From: Octopus vulgaris
Taxonomy: Eukaryota
Assembly (NCBI GenBank): GCA_951406725.2
Contig: OX597837.1
Span: 9,858,001-9,922,000, forward strand
Direction: 5' to 3'
DNA: 64,000 nucleotides
Below, in pieces: positions 1 through 15,328 of the stretch (its first letter is position 1; every line of letters starts with the position of its first letter). The position numbers and the translations under genes are program-made. The notes below the pieces were generated by a model. It saw only the letters and a program-made list of their open reading frames with translations. It did not search any database and had not been told where the DNA came from.

Positions 1-411
1 GATGAAACGGTGCATCGTCTAAGAAATTACAGGGTAAATGTTTTTCAATTTTCTCCTGGTTTACGGAATTGACGTTATTTTGCGGTTAAAGCTTTTGGCT
101 GTTATTTCTAGTGGGTGAATGGCCTATTATGGCCGTTCCTTGATTGTGATGTTGAACTTAAAAATGGTTTATGACTATTTAATTTTTTCCCACTAGGCCG
201 CTGGTGGCAAAAGAATTCTACAAAATTTTTTTTGCCACCCTATATTGATTAATTATGAATTTTCTGGTTAATTCCGTAATGGAATCGGCGGCTTATATTT
301 ATTTGCTGCCGTTAAATTTGGCGCGAGTGCGACGATTTGAAAATTTTAGGTCAGATATTGACGAGGTAGCAACGAGAATGCCTCGTGAAAAATATCTGTT
401 CCGGCTTGGCT

Positions 412-518
412 ATTTCTTACTGATGAATCTAAGGGCCTATGGTAGATTGGCTTGATTTAATTTAATCAGGTTAGTTTTCCATTAAACAGAAGATGAAACG
501 GTGCATCGTCTAAGAAAT
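412..518 (+). ncRNA. Type I hammerhead ribozyme
   Basis: Stem I ATTTCTTA(412-419)/TAAGAAAT(511-518), core CTGATGA 420-426, stem II ATCT/AGAT with 60-nt insert, GAAA 495-498, near-palindromic stem III CGGTGCATCG, GTC cleavage triplet ending 510. Confidence 0.8.
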
Positions 519-901
519 TACAGGGTAAATGTTTTTCAATTTTCTCCTGGTTTACGGAATTGATGTTATTTTGCGGTTAAAGCTTTTGGCTGTTATTTCT
601 AGTGGGTGAATGGCCTATTATGGCCGTTCCTTGATTGTGATGTTGAACTTAAAAATGGTTTATGACTATTTAATTTTTTCCCACTAGGCCGCTGGTGGCA
701 AAAGAATTCTACAAAATTTTTTTGCCACCCTATATTGATTAATTATGAATTTTCTGGTTAATTCCGTAATGGAATCGGCGGCTTATATTTATTTGCTGCC
801 GATAAATTTGGCGCGAGTGCGACGATTTGAAAATTTTAGGTCAGATATTGACGAGGTAGCAACGAGAATGCCTCGTGAAAAATATCTGTTCCGGCTTGGC
901 T

Positions 902-1008
902 ATTTCTTACTGATGAATCTAAGGGCCTATGGTAGATTGGCTTGATTTAATTTAATCAGGTTAGTTTTCCATTAAACAGAAGATGAAACGGTGCATCGTC
1001 TAAGAAAT
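902..1008 (+). ncRNA. Type I hammerhead ribozyme (second unit)
   Basis: Same sequence as 412-518; predicted cleavage after C1000. Confidence 0.8.
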
Positions 1009-1392
1009 TACAGGGTAAATGTTTTTCAATTTTCTCCTGGTTTACGAAATTGACGTTATTTTGCGGTTAAAGCTTTTGGCTGTTATTTCTAGTGGGTGAA
1101 TGGCCTATTATGGCCGTTCCTTGATTGTGATGTTGAACTTAAAAATGGTTTATGACTATTTAATTTTTTCCCACTAGGCCGCTGGTGGCAAAAGAATTCT
1201 ACAAAATTTTTTTTGCCACCCTATATTGATTAATTATGAATTTTCTGGTTAATTCCGTAATGGAATCGGCGGCTTATATTTATTTGCTGCCGATAAATTT
1301 GGCGCGAGTGCGACGATTTGAAAATTTTAGGTCAGATATTGACGAGGTAGCAACGAGAATGCCTCGTGAAAAATATCTGTTCCGGCTTGGCT

Positions 1393-1499
1393 ATTTCTTA
1401 CTGATGAATCTAAGGGCCTATGGTAGATTGGCTTGATTTAATTTAATCAGGTTAGTTTTCCATTAAACAGAAGATGAAACGGTGCATCGTCTAAGAAAT
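1393..1499 (+). ncRNA. Type I hammerhead ribozyme (third unit)
   Basis: Same sequence as 412-518; predicted cleavage after C1491. Confidence 0.8.
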
Positions 1500-1720
1500 T
1501 ACAGGGTAAATGTTTTTCAATTTTCTCCTGGTTTACGGAATTGACGTTATTTTGCGGTTAAAGCTTTTGGCTGTTATTTCTAGTGGGTGAATGGCCTATT
1601 ATGGCCGTTCCTTGATTGTGATGTTGAACTTAAAAATGGTTTATGACTATTTAATTTTTTCCCACTAGGCCGCTGGTGGCAAAAGAATTCTACAAAATTT
1701 TTTTTGCCACCCTATATTGA

Positions 1721-1809
<89 letters not shown>

Positions 1810-1817
1810 CATGTATA

Positions 1818-2210
1818 GGCGCAGGAGTGGCTGTGTGGTAAGAAGCTTGCCTCCCTATCACATGGTTCTGGGTTCAGTCCCACTGCGTGGCACATTGGGC
1901 AAATGTCTTCTACTATAGCCTCGAGCCGACCAAAGACTTGTGAGTGGATTTGGTTGACAGAAACTGATAGAAGCTCGTCGTATGTATGTGTGTGTGTGTG
2001 TGTGTGTGCGTGCGTGTTTCTATGTCCGTGTTTGTTCCCCCAACATCGCTTGATGCTGGTGTGTTTACGTCTCCGAAACCTAGCGGTTCGACAAAAGAGC
2101 CCGATAGAATAAGTTCTGGGCTTACAAAGAATAAGTCCTGGGATCGATTTGTTCGACTAAAGGCGGTGCTCCAGCATGACCGCAATCAAATGACTGAAGA
2201 AATAAAAGAA
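1818..2210 (+). mobile_element. SINE family A (tRNA-like head, CORE-like segment, internal TA/TG microsatellite, LINE-like tail)
   Basis: A-box-like GTGGCTGTGTGG, B-box-like GGTTCAGTCC, TTGGGCAA CORE-like motif, tail GGCGGTGCTCCAGCATG...TGACTGAA; more than 12 copies in the window. Confidence 0.85.
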
Positions 2211-2914
2211 TATATACATACATATATATATATAAAGGGTATATCAATTTTATATACATACATTATATATATATGTATATGTATGTGTATATGTGAATGT
2301 ATATCTTTATTTATATAGATATATAATCTTTTTAAATATTCAGATACTTATAAAGGTATGTTGGGGTTGGAGTTTATGATGTATATATACACACACCCAC
2401 ACTTCATACACCCCTATATAATAACCGTACAATCTGTCCTCGCAGCTAGACGTGTGCACAGCAGTCACGCCGTAGGTTCCGTGCCAGTTATGCTGCGAAT
2501 GATCGAATGTTTTTGCAAATGAAATCCTGTTTAGCTTATCTTATAAATAGACAGACGTCAGGCTCTGCGCATTCGCAACACAACGCTGAGCATTTTCTCC
2601 GTTCTTTACACAAAAACATAGACGAGTGTGTGCCTATGAATGTGCGTGTGTCTGTGCGCGCCTCCTGTGTATTTGTAAGCCTCCGTGCTTTACATCAGGA
2701 AGTGAGTACGTGAGGAAAATAGATTTTTTTCTTTTTTTTTCACAAATTTATCTTGAAAACAAATCTGAAGTTGGAATATATCGCCATCTTTGAAACGTTG
2801 ATGTCAAGAATACAAAATCTTTTTGTTGAAGAATATTTTTATGAAACTTTCAAGAAAATTTGGTGGCGGGATGGGTACTAAATATTTTGTATTATTACAT
2901 TGAGTATTATTACA

Positions 2915-3268
2915 TTGAAAGTTGTCCATAGGTCCCGGCCCGAAAGTCATCTTGAACTGGCGGGTCAGGTATTCCTCGTCGACGCCCAGGTTCGCCCCGA
3001 GATCGTCGTCGTACCTCCCCTCCACTAAACCTCAATAGGATGCTTTCGTGGTGATGCAGTCGCTCAAGGTCGACCCAGGACAACATAGTTGCTGGAGAGC
3101 AACGCGACACTCGCGGTGCCATTCGCCCTTCCTCGGTCTCCTTTTGATCCACGACTGCAGTTCGGTCATGGAGACGAGCTGTAGGAAAGCGCGACCCACA
3201 AACGGCAACCACACCTGTTCACTGTCGTCTACGTAGAGCCGGAGATGTCGCAGTCTCAGCGCGTGTCT
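2915..3268 (-). mobile_element. Tx1/L1-like LINE ORF2 fragment (region C-terminal to RT), one in-frame stop
   Basis: ORFs 3032-3319 and 2804-3025 are in the same frame: RHALRLRHLRLY...WHRECRVALQQL...TTKASY*GLVEGRYDDDLG...FGPGPMDNFQ. Resembles Tx1-type ORF2 from memory. Confidence 0.65.
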
Positions 3269-3307
3269 GGCTGTAGTTGGAATAGTTCTAGCCTTTAATT
3301 TCCCAGA

Positions 3308-3615
3308 GTGTAGGCACATGGCCTAGTGGTTAGAGCAGCGGACTCACGGTCGAGGAATCGCGGGTTCGAATCTCAGACCGGGCGATGTGTGTGTTTATGA
3401 GCGTAACACCTGAGCTCCACGCGGCTCCGGCAGAAGGTAATGGCGAAACTTCTGCTGATTCTTTCGCCACAACTTTCTCTCACTCTTTCCTCCTGCATCT
3501 TGCAGCTCACCTGCGAAAGACCGGCGTCCCGTCCAGGTTGGGAACCTATACGCCAAGAAACCGGGAAACAGGCCCTTATGAGCCAGACATGGCTCGAGGA
3601 GGAACAAACATAAAA
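3308..3615 (+). mobile_element. tRNA-derived SINE family C (Meta-domain-like 3' part)
   Basis: Head TGGCCTAGTGGTTAGAGCAGCGGACT...GGTTCGAATC. Body CCTGCGA..GACCGGCGTCCCGTCCAGG...GAAACCGGGAA. Second copy at 9668-9968. Confidence 0.8.
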
Positions 3616-4394
3616 CAACATTAGTTTCCAGGCAATTTGTCTCAATTTCAACCATTCTGAAAATTGATTATACACCGATGTTCGCAAGATCGGAAAAGAC
3701 AACATGGTGGTCTTTACATTGACGTTAATCCTACGAAAATAATTCATGATTTTAACGAAGAATTACCTCTCCTTTCATTCGGACCACTTGTTTTCAATGT
3801 AGTCGTCAGTGGTTCAAAATGGTGGATTTCATTCCAGACTCCGACTGTTGGTTTATCGGATATATAATCCTTCCATTTCGTGTTTAAAATGGCGCTCATA
3901 TTATTAGTTTTTTCGGGGCGGGGGTAATGGGAACGCTCCAGTTTCTTTTTCACAAGATGACAGCTTGATAAATCATCACTTCAGTTAACATCAAGATGCA
4001 TGTATGTATATGTGTACATGTGTGGGTGTGTATGTATGTGAGGATATAAAATAGACGTTAGAGAAAGAGCCGTGTGTGTGTGTCTGTGTGTGTGTGCGAA
4101 TGTATGAGCGTGTGCGTGAATACACACACACACATATTTATATTGATACTAAGATAGACAGATGCATACAGATACGAATATGTATGTATATATATATATA
4201 TACACATATATACATATACATGTGTTTGTATGTTTGTATGTGTTGTTCGTATGCATATATATATGTGATTATATACATAAATATATGTAAGTGCATATAT
4301 ATATGAATATATATATACATATATATACACATACACTTATATATATATATACATATGTGTGTGCATATTATACAAACAAATTTATACATTTATA

Positions 4395-4451
<57 letters not shown>

Positions 4452-4686
4452 TATGTATACTCAAACACTCGCACACATAGACACATACATACACACATAC
4501 ATATACAGATGCAACCTGTCTAATGAGTCGCTACTATAAAAACAGTGAAATGAATTGTATTTATATAATATATATAAGTATATATATATATATAAGCAAA
4601 GCTATCGCCAAATGATGAGAATTATTTAGCTGATGGTGATGGCGTTGGTAGTGACGGCATGCGAAGATGCTGAGGATTGTTGAGCT

Positions 4687-5830
<1,144 letters not shown>

Positions 5831-6229
5831 TAATCTGCATGGCTTCATCTTTCTCATCAGCTCACATCATTTGAATACCAGACGTAGCAACTTCCTCTAT
5901 TCATAGTGTGGTAAGTGCATAAATGTACTCTTAACATACGAAGTTGACGGGCGAGGGCCGGGCGGGGCGGGGCGGTGTGGGGGTGCAAATGATGTCGGTG
6001 AAGAATACTATATCTGGCGTGGGTAGATGGAAGAGGAGAAGATGGGGAGGAAGGAGACGGAGTGTGATTATAATGAGGATGTTGAGAGAGAGAGAGTGGA
6101 TGGGAGGCTGAGGCGGAGGAGGATGGTAGGGAGGTGCACAGTGAAGGGGATAGAAGAGCGAAAATAAATAATATTCAAAGAAAAATGGGATATTTGCATT
6201 GGCAAAGAAGTAATTGAAGGAATAATAAC

Positions 6230-6273
<44 letters not shown>

Positions 6274-6284
6274 TAGTCCTTTCT

Positions 6285-6428
6285 ATTATAAGCATAAGGA
6301 GTGAGAAATTTTGGTGGGAGGGCACTAATCGATTAGATCGACCCAAGTGTTTCACTGGTCCTTAATTTATCGACCCGGATGGGAAGCAAAGTCGACCTCG
6401 GCGGAATTTGAAATCAGAACGTAATGAC
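6285..6428 (-). mobile_element. SINE family B fragment
   Basis: AAAGTCGACCTCGGCGGAATTTGAA and TTTATCGACCC motifs; near-duplicate at 6643-6857. Confidence 0.75.
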
Positions 6429-6610
6429 GAGAAGTACGTGGAATAAATAGGGGCTGTAATAAGGGTGGAGCACTTGCAGAAAACAGCACTGATTGGAACC
6501 GCTCGAATACTCCGGGTGGTGCTCGAAAAATAAGAGCTGTTACTTTAGTTCACTGGTGGTGAACAGTTGACACTGTAGTACATCTTCAACTTTAGAAACT
6601 GTGCAAAAGC
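6429..6610 (+). mobile_element. 3' end of RLE-type (R4/Dong-like) non-LTR retrotransposon
   Basis: Translates EKYVE*IGAVIRVEHLQKTALIGTARILRVVLEK* (stop 6531-6533), the typical QKxxLxGTAxILR C-terminus. Short UTR, then (AAT)n. Confidence 0.7.
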
Positions 6611-6642
6611 AATAATAATAATAATAATAATAATAATGATAA

Positions 6643-6857
6643 TCCTTTCTATTATAGGCACAAGGAGTGAGAAATTTTGGTGGGAGGGCACTAGTCGATT
6701 ACATCGACCCAAGTGTTTCTCTGGTCCTTAATTCATCGACCCGTAAAAAGGATGGGAAGCAAAGGCGACCTCGGTGGAATTTGAAATCAGAACATAACGA
6801 CGAGCGAAATGCCGCTAAGCATTTCATCCGACGCGCTAACGATTCTGCCAGCTCACT
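6643..6857 (-). mobile_element. SINE family B
   Basis: Ends ...GCTAACGATTCTGCCAGCTC, the reverse complement of the family head. Confidence 0.8.
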
Positions 6858-6862
6858 GCGTT

Positions 6863-6884
6863 GATAATAATAATAATAATAATG

Positions 6885-6926
<42 letters not shown>

Positions 6927-7013
6927 GTAATAATAGAAATAATAATAATAATAAAAATAATAATAACAATAATAATAATAATAATAATAATAGTAATAAT
7001 AGAAATAATAAAA

Positions 7014-7075
<62 letters not shown>
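6863..7075. repeat. (AAT)n microsatellite
   Basis: Direct reading. Confidence 0.95.
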
Positions 7076-7076
<1 letters not shown>

Positions 7077-7200
7077 GTTTTAAATTTTGCTATAAAGGGC
7101 ACCGATTTTGGGGGCGGGGATGAATTGATTACATCGACCCCAGTGTTTAACTGTTACTTATTTTATCGTCCCCGAAAGGATGAATGGCAAAGTCGACCTC

Positions 7201-7232
<32 letters not shown>

Positions 7233-7775
7233 AAATGCCCTGATGCAGTACCAGGCAGTGGCTCTCGTGGCTTCTGATCTTAACTGATGTACATTGTTTT
7301 GTCCTGGTATAAAACATGGGCTACAGCAAATATTCTGCTCAATACCACAGATTTGCTTGTCAGTTGTTTGACCTTAACCAGTTGAGCATGTCCCTTAGTG
7401 GCTGACGATATGTGCATCTCTGATCACTAGCAGAAGTAGTTGGGGAGCATCATAGCCATGTGTTGAGAGGGATTCTTTGGGGTTTGAATAATTCACCTCT
7501 GGAAACATGGGTGTTTTGTTCAACATCCTTAAACAACCCTTATTCAGGAAGCTTCTGAGCGGGATAGGCTACTTGACCTGAAGAAAATTCTAACTGGGCC
7601 CCACCTGCAAGGTTATGCGCTGTTTATCTTGATATGAGATCACCATGTCACGCACATATGGTTGTGATGTATGTGCCTAGTGTACCCTTATCAGACGGGA
7701 AGTCATGATGGGTATACTGGGCTTCGTATATTTTACCCCAGTGTCACTTTGATGGCATGCACTGCTCTCTCACTC
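7233..7775 (+). mobile_element. ~550-bp non-coding interspersed element (family D) ending in (AAT)n
   Basis: AAATGCCCTGATGCAGTACC...CTGCTCTCTCACTC. Reverse copies at 32440-32838, 33328-33822, 36811-37355, 37905-38129. Confidence 0.8.
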
Positions 7776-7823
7776 GATAATAATAACAATAATAATAATA
7801 ATAATAATAATAATGATAATTAA

Positions 7824-8052
7824 TTCGTTTATTGGCCACAAGGGCTAACAGAAATTAATTAAAACATAAAAGGACAAAACACAGGACGAAAGTTACAAAG
7901 GGTTTTGTCCGTTTGCAAAAAATCCGTGTAAAAATTCTAGAGATAACAACGAAAATATAACAATTGAAATTCCCAATAAGGAAAGGCTCTTCGAAAGGTT
8001 TCTCGTGGAAAAACCCATAAAAGCCACGGGAGCCTGGTCAAAAGTGGGGTAG
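7824..8052 (-). mobile_element. LINE-like 3' UTR (family E) embedded in (TAA)n
   Basis: Minus strand ends CCCTTGTGGCCAATAAACGAA then TTA repeats. Copies at 30417-30556 (-) and 33080-33277 (+). Confidence 0.65.
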
Positions 8053-8061
8053 AGAATAATG

Positions 8062-8119
<58 letters not shown>

Positions 8120-8216
8120 CAATGTTTTCTCCTAAAGTCACAAAGCCTAAAATTTTGGATCAGGAGATTTAGTCGAGATCATTAACGTCTGTACATGACT
8201 GGTATTTATTTTGGAC

Positions 8217-8466
8217 CGGTTCTCCGTCGGTTACGACGTCAATTGTTGATGTTGATACGCCCGACCGAACAGCCTGCTCTGAAATTAACGTGCGAGTGGC
8301 TGGGCAGTCTACAAATACGTGTACATTTCACACAGAGAAACAGGACGATGCTGGGTCCCTTTGAAATACAGGTACAACTTCATTTTTGCCAGTTGAGCGG
8401 ACTGGAGCAACGAGAAATAAAGTGTCTCGCTCAAGGACACAACTTGTCGCCGGGAATCAAACTCAT
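8217..8466 (-). mobile_element. CORE-type SINE fragment
   Basis: GGAGCAACGAGAAATAAAGTGTCTCGCTCAAGGACACAAC, the reverse of GTGTCCTTGAGCGAGACACTT; shared with 23131-23372 and 47995-48331. Confidence 0.7.
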
Positions 8467-8468
8467 AA

Positions 8469-9068
8469 GGCGGCGAGCTGGCAGAAACGTTAGCACACCG
8501 GGCGAAATGCTTTGTGGTATTTCGTCTGCCGTTACGTTCTGAGTTCAAATTCCGCCGAGGTCGACTTTGCCTTTCATCCTTTCGGGGTCGATAAATTAAG
8601 TACCAGTTACGCACTGGGGTCGATGTAATCGACTTAATACCTATGTCTGTCCTTGTTTGTCGTCTCTGTGTTTAGCTCCTTGTGGGTAATAAAGAAATAG
8701 GTATTTCGTCCGCCGCGGCGTTCTAAGTTCAAATTCCGCCGAGGTCAATTTTGCCTTTCATCCTTTCGGGGTCGATAAATTAAGCACCAGTTACGCACTG
8801 GGGTTGATGTAATCGACTTAATCCGTTTGTAATCGACTTAATCCCCTCTGTGTTTAGCCCCTTGTGGGTAGTAAAGAAATAGGTATTTCGTCTGTCTTTA
8901 CGTTCTGAGTTTAAATTCCGCCGAGGTCGACTTTGCGTTTCATCCTTTCGGGGTCGATTAAATAAGTACCGGTTACGCACTGGGGTTGATGTAATCGACT
9001 TAATCCGTGTGTCTGTCCTTGTTTGTCCCCCTCTGTGTTTAGCCCCTTGTGGGTAGTAAAGAAATAGG
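8469..9068 (+). mobile_element. SINE family B, head plus tandem head-less repeats (3 body units)
   Basis: GGCGGCGAGCTGGCAGAAACGTTAGC head. Body TTCAAATTCCGCCGAGGTCGACTTTGCCTTTCATCCTTTCGGGGTCGATAAATTAAGTACC restarts after AAAGAAATAG at ~8701 and ~8882. Confidence 0.85.
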
Positions 9069-9667
9069 GAATCAAACTCATGACCTTTCGTTCGTAGGTC
9101 GAATACTCTAAGCATTATGCCACGCCCCTTCACGCTACTAATTTAATCGGCCCAGAAAGGATGAAATGCAATGACGACCTCGGCGGAACTTGAACTCGCA
9201 AGAAGTGCCATTAAGCCTTTTGTCAGGCATTGCCAGCTGGTCATGCTTTGGGGCTTCATTGGACTATTACTTTGTATGTCCATCCATTATTTTAAAGCTA
9301 GACCATAGCGGATCTACTTCTAGCATAAGGGTTGTCCACAAAGTGGCTATCCCTCTCATATGTATATAATACGATTATACTGAACCTTCATTATTTTAAA
9401 GCAATAAATTGTAATTTGGAAGGCATTTGGTTGCTATTTCTAGAAAGTCAACTGACTACTTCATTATTACTGTTATGTATTCCGCCGAGGTCGACGTTAC
9501 ATTTCATCCTTTCGGGGTCGATAAATTAAGTACCAGTTGCATACTGGGGTTGATCTAATCGACTGGGCGGCCCCTCTCCCAAAATTTAAAGCCTTATGCC
9601 TAGCGTAGGAAGGATTATTACAGTTGTTTTTGTTGTTTAGTGCGTGTTATCCCTGGTAGGAAGATAG

Positions 9668-9968
9668 GTTGTTCCTTGTCGAGCCATGCCTGGCTCATAA
9701 GGGCCGCTTTCCCGGTTTCTTGGCGTATAGGTTCCCCACCTGGACGGGACGCCGGTCCGTCGCAGGTGAGCTGCAAGATGCAGGTGGAAAGAGTGAGAGA
9801 AAGTTGTAGCGAAAGAGTCAGCAGAAATTTCGCCATTACCTTCTGCCGGAGCTGCGTGGAGCTTAGGTGTTTCGCTCATTAACGCACACATCGCCCGGTC
9901 TGAGATTCGAACCCGCGATCCCTCGACCGCGAGTCCGCTGCTCTAACCACTAGGCCATGTGCCTCCAC
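9668..9968 (-). mobile_element. tRNA-derived SINE family C
   Basis: Reverse-complement copy of 3308-3615. Confidence 0.8.
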
Positions 9969-10629
9969 TGTTATCCCTGATCGATTAGACTGAAAACCAA
10001 ACAGCTCCCAGCCGTGACTATCCCGTTTTATTCACATATGCATGAGGCATACGGCGACATTATCCAGTATGACCATCTCTAGAACGGTTGGTGTGAGAGA
10101 GATTTGGTTGTTATTTCTAACAGGTTCAGTAATTACGTAGAGGCTACTGGATAAAAGTGATTTAGTATAAGACGGCATGCAACCACAATCTCGTTATTTC
10201 TTTTAGTTTGATAGATTACATAGTCGTTTCAATAGACGCAATAGGCTGCAAGGTAGTGTTTTAACGATCGTGGGGCTTGATCCTCGGAACGTAAATAAAC
10301 AAACGACCTATAAGGTAAGATTATCTGTTTGTTGATAAGCAAAATAAATTTTGCAATAATAACAAAAACAGACACAAAAAAATGTTGAAGCCAGAAATAA
10401 TAACTGGTGTCGCTTACATACAAAAAGATTTATCAATATAATGTATGTGTGTGTGTGTGTATACAAATAAGTGTGTGTGTGTGAGTGGGGGAATATATAT
10501 ATAATCTATTCGTTTATATTTTTATGTATATGTATGTTTGTGTGTATGTGTGTGTTTGTGTGTGTGCGTGCGTGCGTGATCTTAAGCTTTTCCGTTACTT
10601 ATCTATTTTAAGTTCTACTTATATACATA

Positions 10630-10844
10630 GAGTGCGTGTGTGCTAACACACACCTATAAGTATATATGTGTATATACATACACACACATAAACACACATA
10701 GACGCACATACACACACACGCACACACACACATATATACATACATATACATACATATATATGAAGATGTATATATGTATATATATATATATAAAGATATA
10801 TATGTATATATATATAAATATATGTATATATATATATAAAGATA

Positions 10845-10881
<37 letters not shown>

Positions 10882-11228
10882 GTGTGTGTGTGTGTGTGTG
10901 TGTGTATGCATACACACACACACAGACTATGTATGATAAAATGAATTAAAAATAGATAAGCAAAACAGAAACGGAAGCATTAACACAAACGTATATATAT
11001 AGGGACGTATACACACACACACACACACATATGTTCATACAGATGCAAACACACACGCACGCGCACACACACACAGATAGACAGAGAGGGTGAGAGACGT
11101 GGAGAAGAGAGAGAGAGAGAGAGAGAGTTGATAGATTGATAAGTAACTTGTAATAAATACTTGCGTGCATACATATATATTTCTACACACATTTTATATA
11201 TGTGTATATATACATACACACACACACA

Positions 11229-11280
<52 letters not shown>

Positions 11281-11394
11281 GATATATATGTATGGATGCA
11301 TATATGCATATATATATAGGTATATATTTGTATATATGTATATGTATTTATTTGTATGTATATATATATATGTATATGTATGTGTGTGTGTGTA

Positions 11395-11458
<64 letters not shown>
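10630..11458. repeat. Compound (TA)n/(CA)n/(GT)n microsatellites
   Basis: Direct reading. Confidence 0.9.
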
Positions 11459-11459
<1 letters not shown>

Positions 11460-11714
11460 AAGTGTATTCAAAGCAGAAGTAAATGACTTTAGATGTGATG
11501 ATAATTTGGGCGGAAGAAAAGGAAAAAAAAATCAATCACATTCAAACAAATATGGCTGCTGATCATAACAACAATATCAATAATAATAACAACAACAACA
11601 ACAATAATAATAATAATAACGATTATAATAACAACAACAATAACAACAGTGGAAACAAACTAATAAACAGGTTTATTGTGTTGATGAGCTCGAGGGTAAA
11701 CACTAAAACACTCT

Positions 11715-11750
<36 letters not shown>

Positions 11751-11825
11751 ATGCATACACACACAGGAAGAGATACTAATACGGAAACAGACGCCTGCTA
11801 TAATACACAACAAGCTGACATTGTG

Positions 11826-11859
<34 letters not shown>

Positions 11860-12135
11860 CTTTCTCCTCATCCTTCACCCTCTTGTACTGTCGTATATTC
11901 CTCCCCACCTCTACAAACTCAATACCACTATAAAAACTCTTCACACAGGAACTTAGTTTGATTTCAAAAACCCCACTAGAATGGGAGAAAGCGCTAATAC
12001 ATGATCTAAGTTATATGATGTATAAAAACATGTAATATACAAATAAATATCTGTAAATATAAACCATCCGATTTTCTGAGCACCTCATTTCTTCTAATAT
12101 ATAATACCTGTACATCATCTCCAACCCTTCCAATA
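11860..12135. mobile_element. (TA)n-flanked interspersed repeat, possibly a Penelope terminal repeat
   Basis: Reverse-complement homologue at ~34363-34645; both abut (TA)n tracts. Confidence 0.6.
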
Positions 12136-14136
<2,001 letters not shown>

Positions 14137-14490
14137 GCTGGTGTGTTTACGTCCCCGTAACTTGGCGGTTCGGCAAAAGACACCGATGGATCAAGTACTA
14201 GGCTTACAAAGAGTAAGTCCTAGGGACGATTTTCTCGACTAAAGGCAGTGCTCCGGCATGACCAAAGTTAAATGACTGAAATAAGTAAAAGACTATAAGA
14301 GAATATTTATTTATTTATTTATTTATATACGACGGGCTTCATTCAGTTTCCATCAACCAAATCCACTACTCACAAGCCTTTGATCAGCCCAAGGCTATAG
14401 TAGAAGATACTTGCCCAAATGCTACGCGTTATAACTGAACCCAAAGCGATGTGGTTGAGAAGCAGGCTTCTTACCACCAGCGACACCTGT
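14137..14490. mobile_element. SINE family A halves (3' half on +, 5' half on -)
   Basis: GCTGGTGTGTTTACGTCCCCG... on plus; ACGACGGGCTTC...GACTTGCCCAA-like sequence on minus. Confidence 0.75.
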
Positions 14491-14781
14491 ATGCATGTAT
14501 GTATGTATGTATGTATGTATGTATGTATGTATGTATGTATGTATATATGTATGTATGTATGTATGTATGTGTGTATGTATGTATGTATATATGTATGTAT
14601 GTATGTATGTATTTATGTGTGTATGTATGTATATATGTGTGTATATATGTATATATGTATGTATGTATGTGTGTATGTATGTATGTGTATGTGTACGTAT
14701 GTATGTATGTATGTATGTATGTATGTATGTGTGTATGTATGTATATATATATGTATGTATGTGTGTATATATGTATGTATG

Positions 14782-14814
<33 letters not shown>

Positions 14815-14857
14815 GTGTATATATGTATGTATGTATATATGTATATATGTATGTATG

Positions 14858-14891
<34 letters not shown>

Positions 14892-14977
14892 TGTATGTAT
14901 GTATGTATGTATGTATGTGTGTATATATGTATGTATGTATATATGTATGTATGTATGTGTGTATATATGTATGTATG

Positions 14978-15010
<33 letters not shown>

Positions 15011-15149
15011 GTGTATATATATATGTATATATGTATGTATGTATGTGTGTATGTATGTATGTGTATGTGTACGTATGTATGTATGTATGTATGTATGTAT
15101 ATATGTATGTATGTATGTATGTATATATGTATGTATATATGTATGTATG

Positions 15150-15183
<34 letters not shown>

Positions 15184-15328
15184 TGTATGTATGTATGTAT
15201 GTATGTGTGCATGCATGTATGCATGTATGTATGTATATATGTATGTATGTATGTGTGTATGTATGTATGTATGTGTGTGTGTGTATGTATGTATTTATGT
15301 ATGTATGTATGTGTGCATGCATGTATAC
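14488..15328. repeat. (GTAT)n tetranucleotide array
   Basis: Direct reading. Confidence 0.95.

Larger units (their letters stand above)
1..1726 (+). repeat. Tandem array of ~490-bp units (~3.5 copies, cut by window start), each carrying a hammerhead ribozyme; retrozyme-like or tandem Penelope pLTR
   Basis: GATGAAACGGTGCATCGTC recurs at 1, 492, 982, 1473 (periods 491/490/491). Copies differ by a few substitutions and T-run length. Array ends in (TA)n at ~1726. Confidence 0.95.

Noticed and set aside
255-1436. Three identical 66-aa ORFs in the tandem array
   Set aside because: No recognisable domain; identity simply reflects the repeat, and the ORF overlaps the ribozyme. Cannot be fully excluded as a circRNA-encoded peptide.
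1-1726. CRISPR-like array
   Set aside because: Units are 490 bp and wholly repeated with no unique spacers; context is eukaryotic.
2430-2715. CpG-containing unique stretch with donor-like AAGTGAGT
   Set aside because: Motif-only evidence for a first exon or promoter.
3308-3385. tRNA genes at SINE heads (also 48260-48331, 58087-58165)
   Set aside because: No proper acceptor stem or terminator; they continue into SINE bodies.
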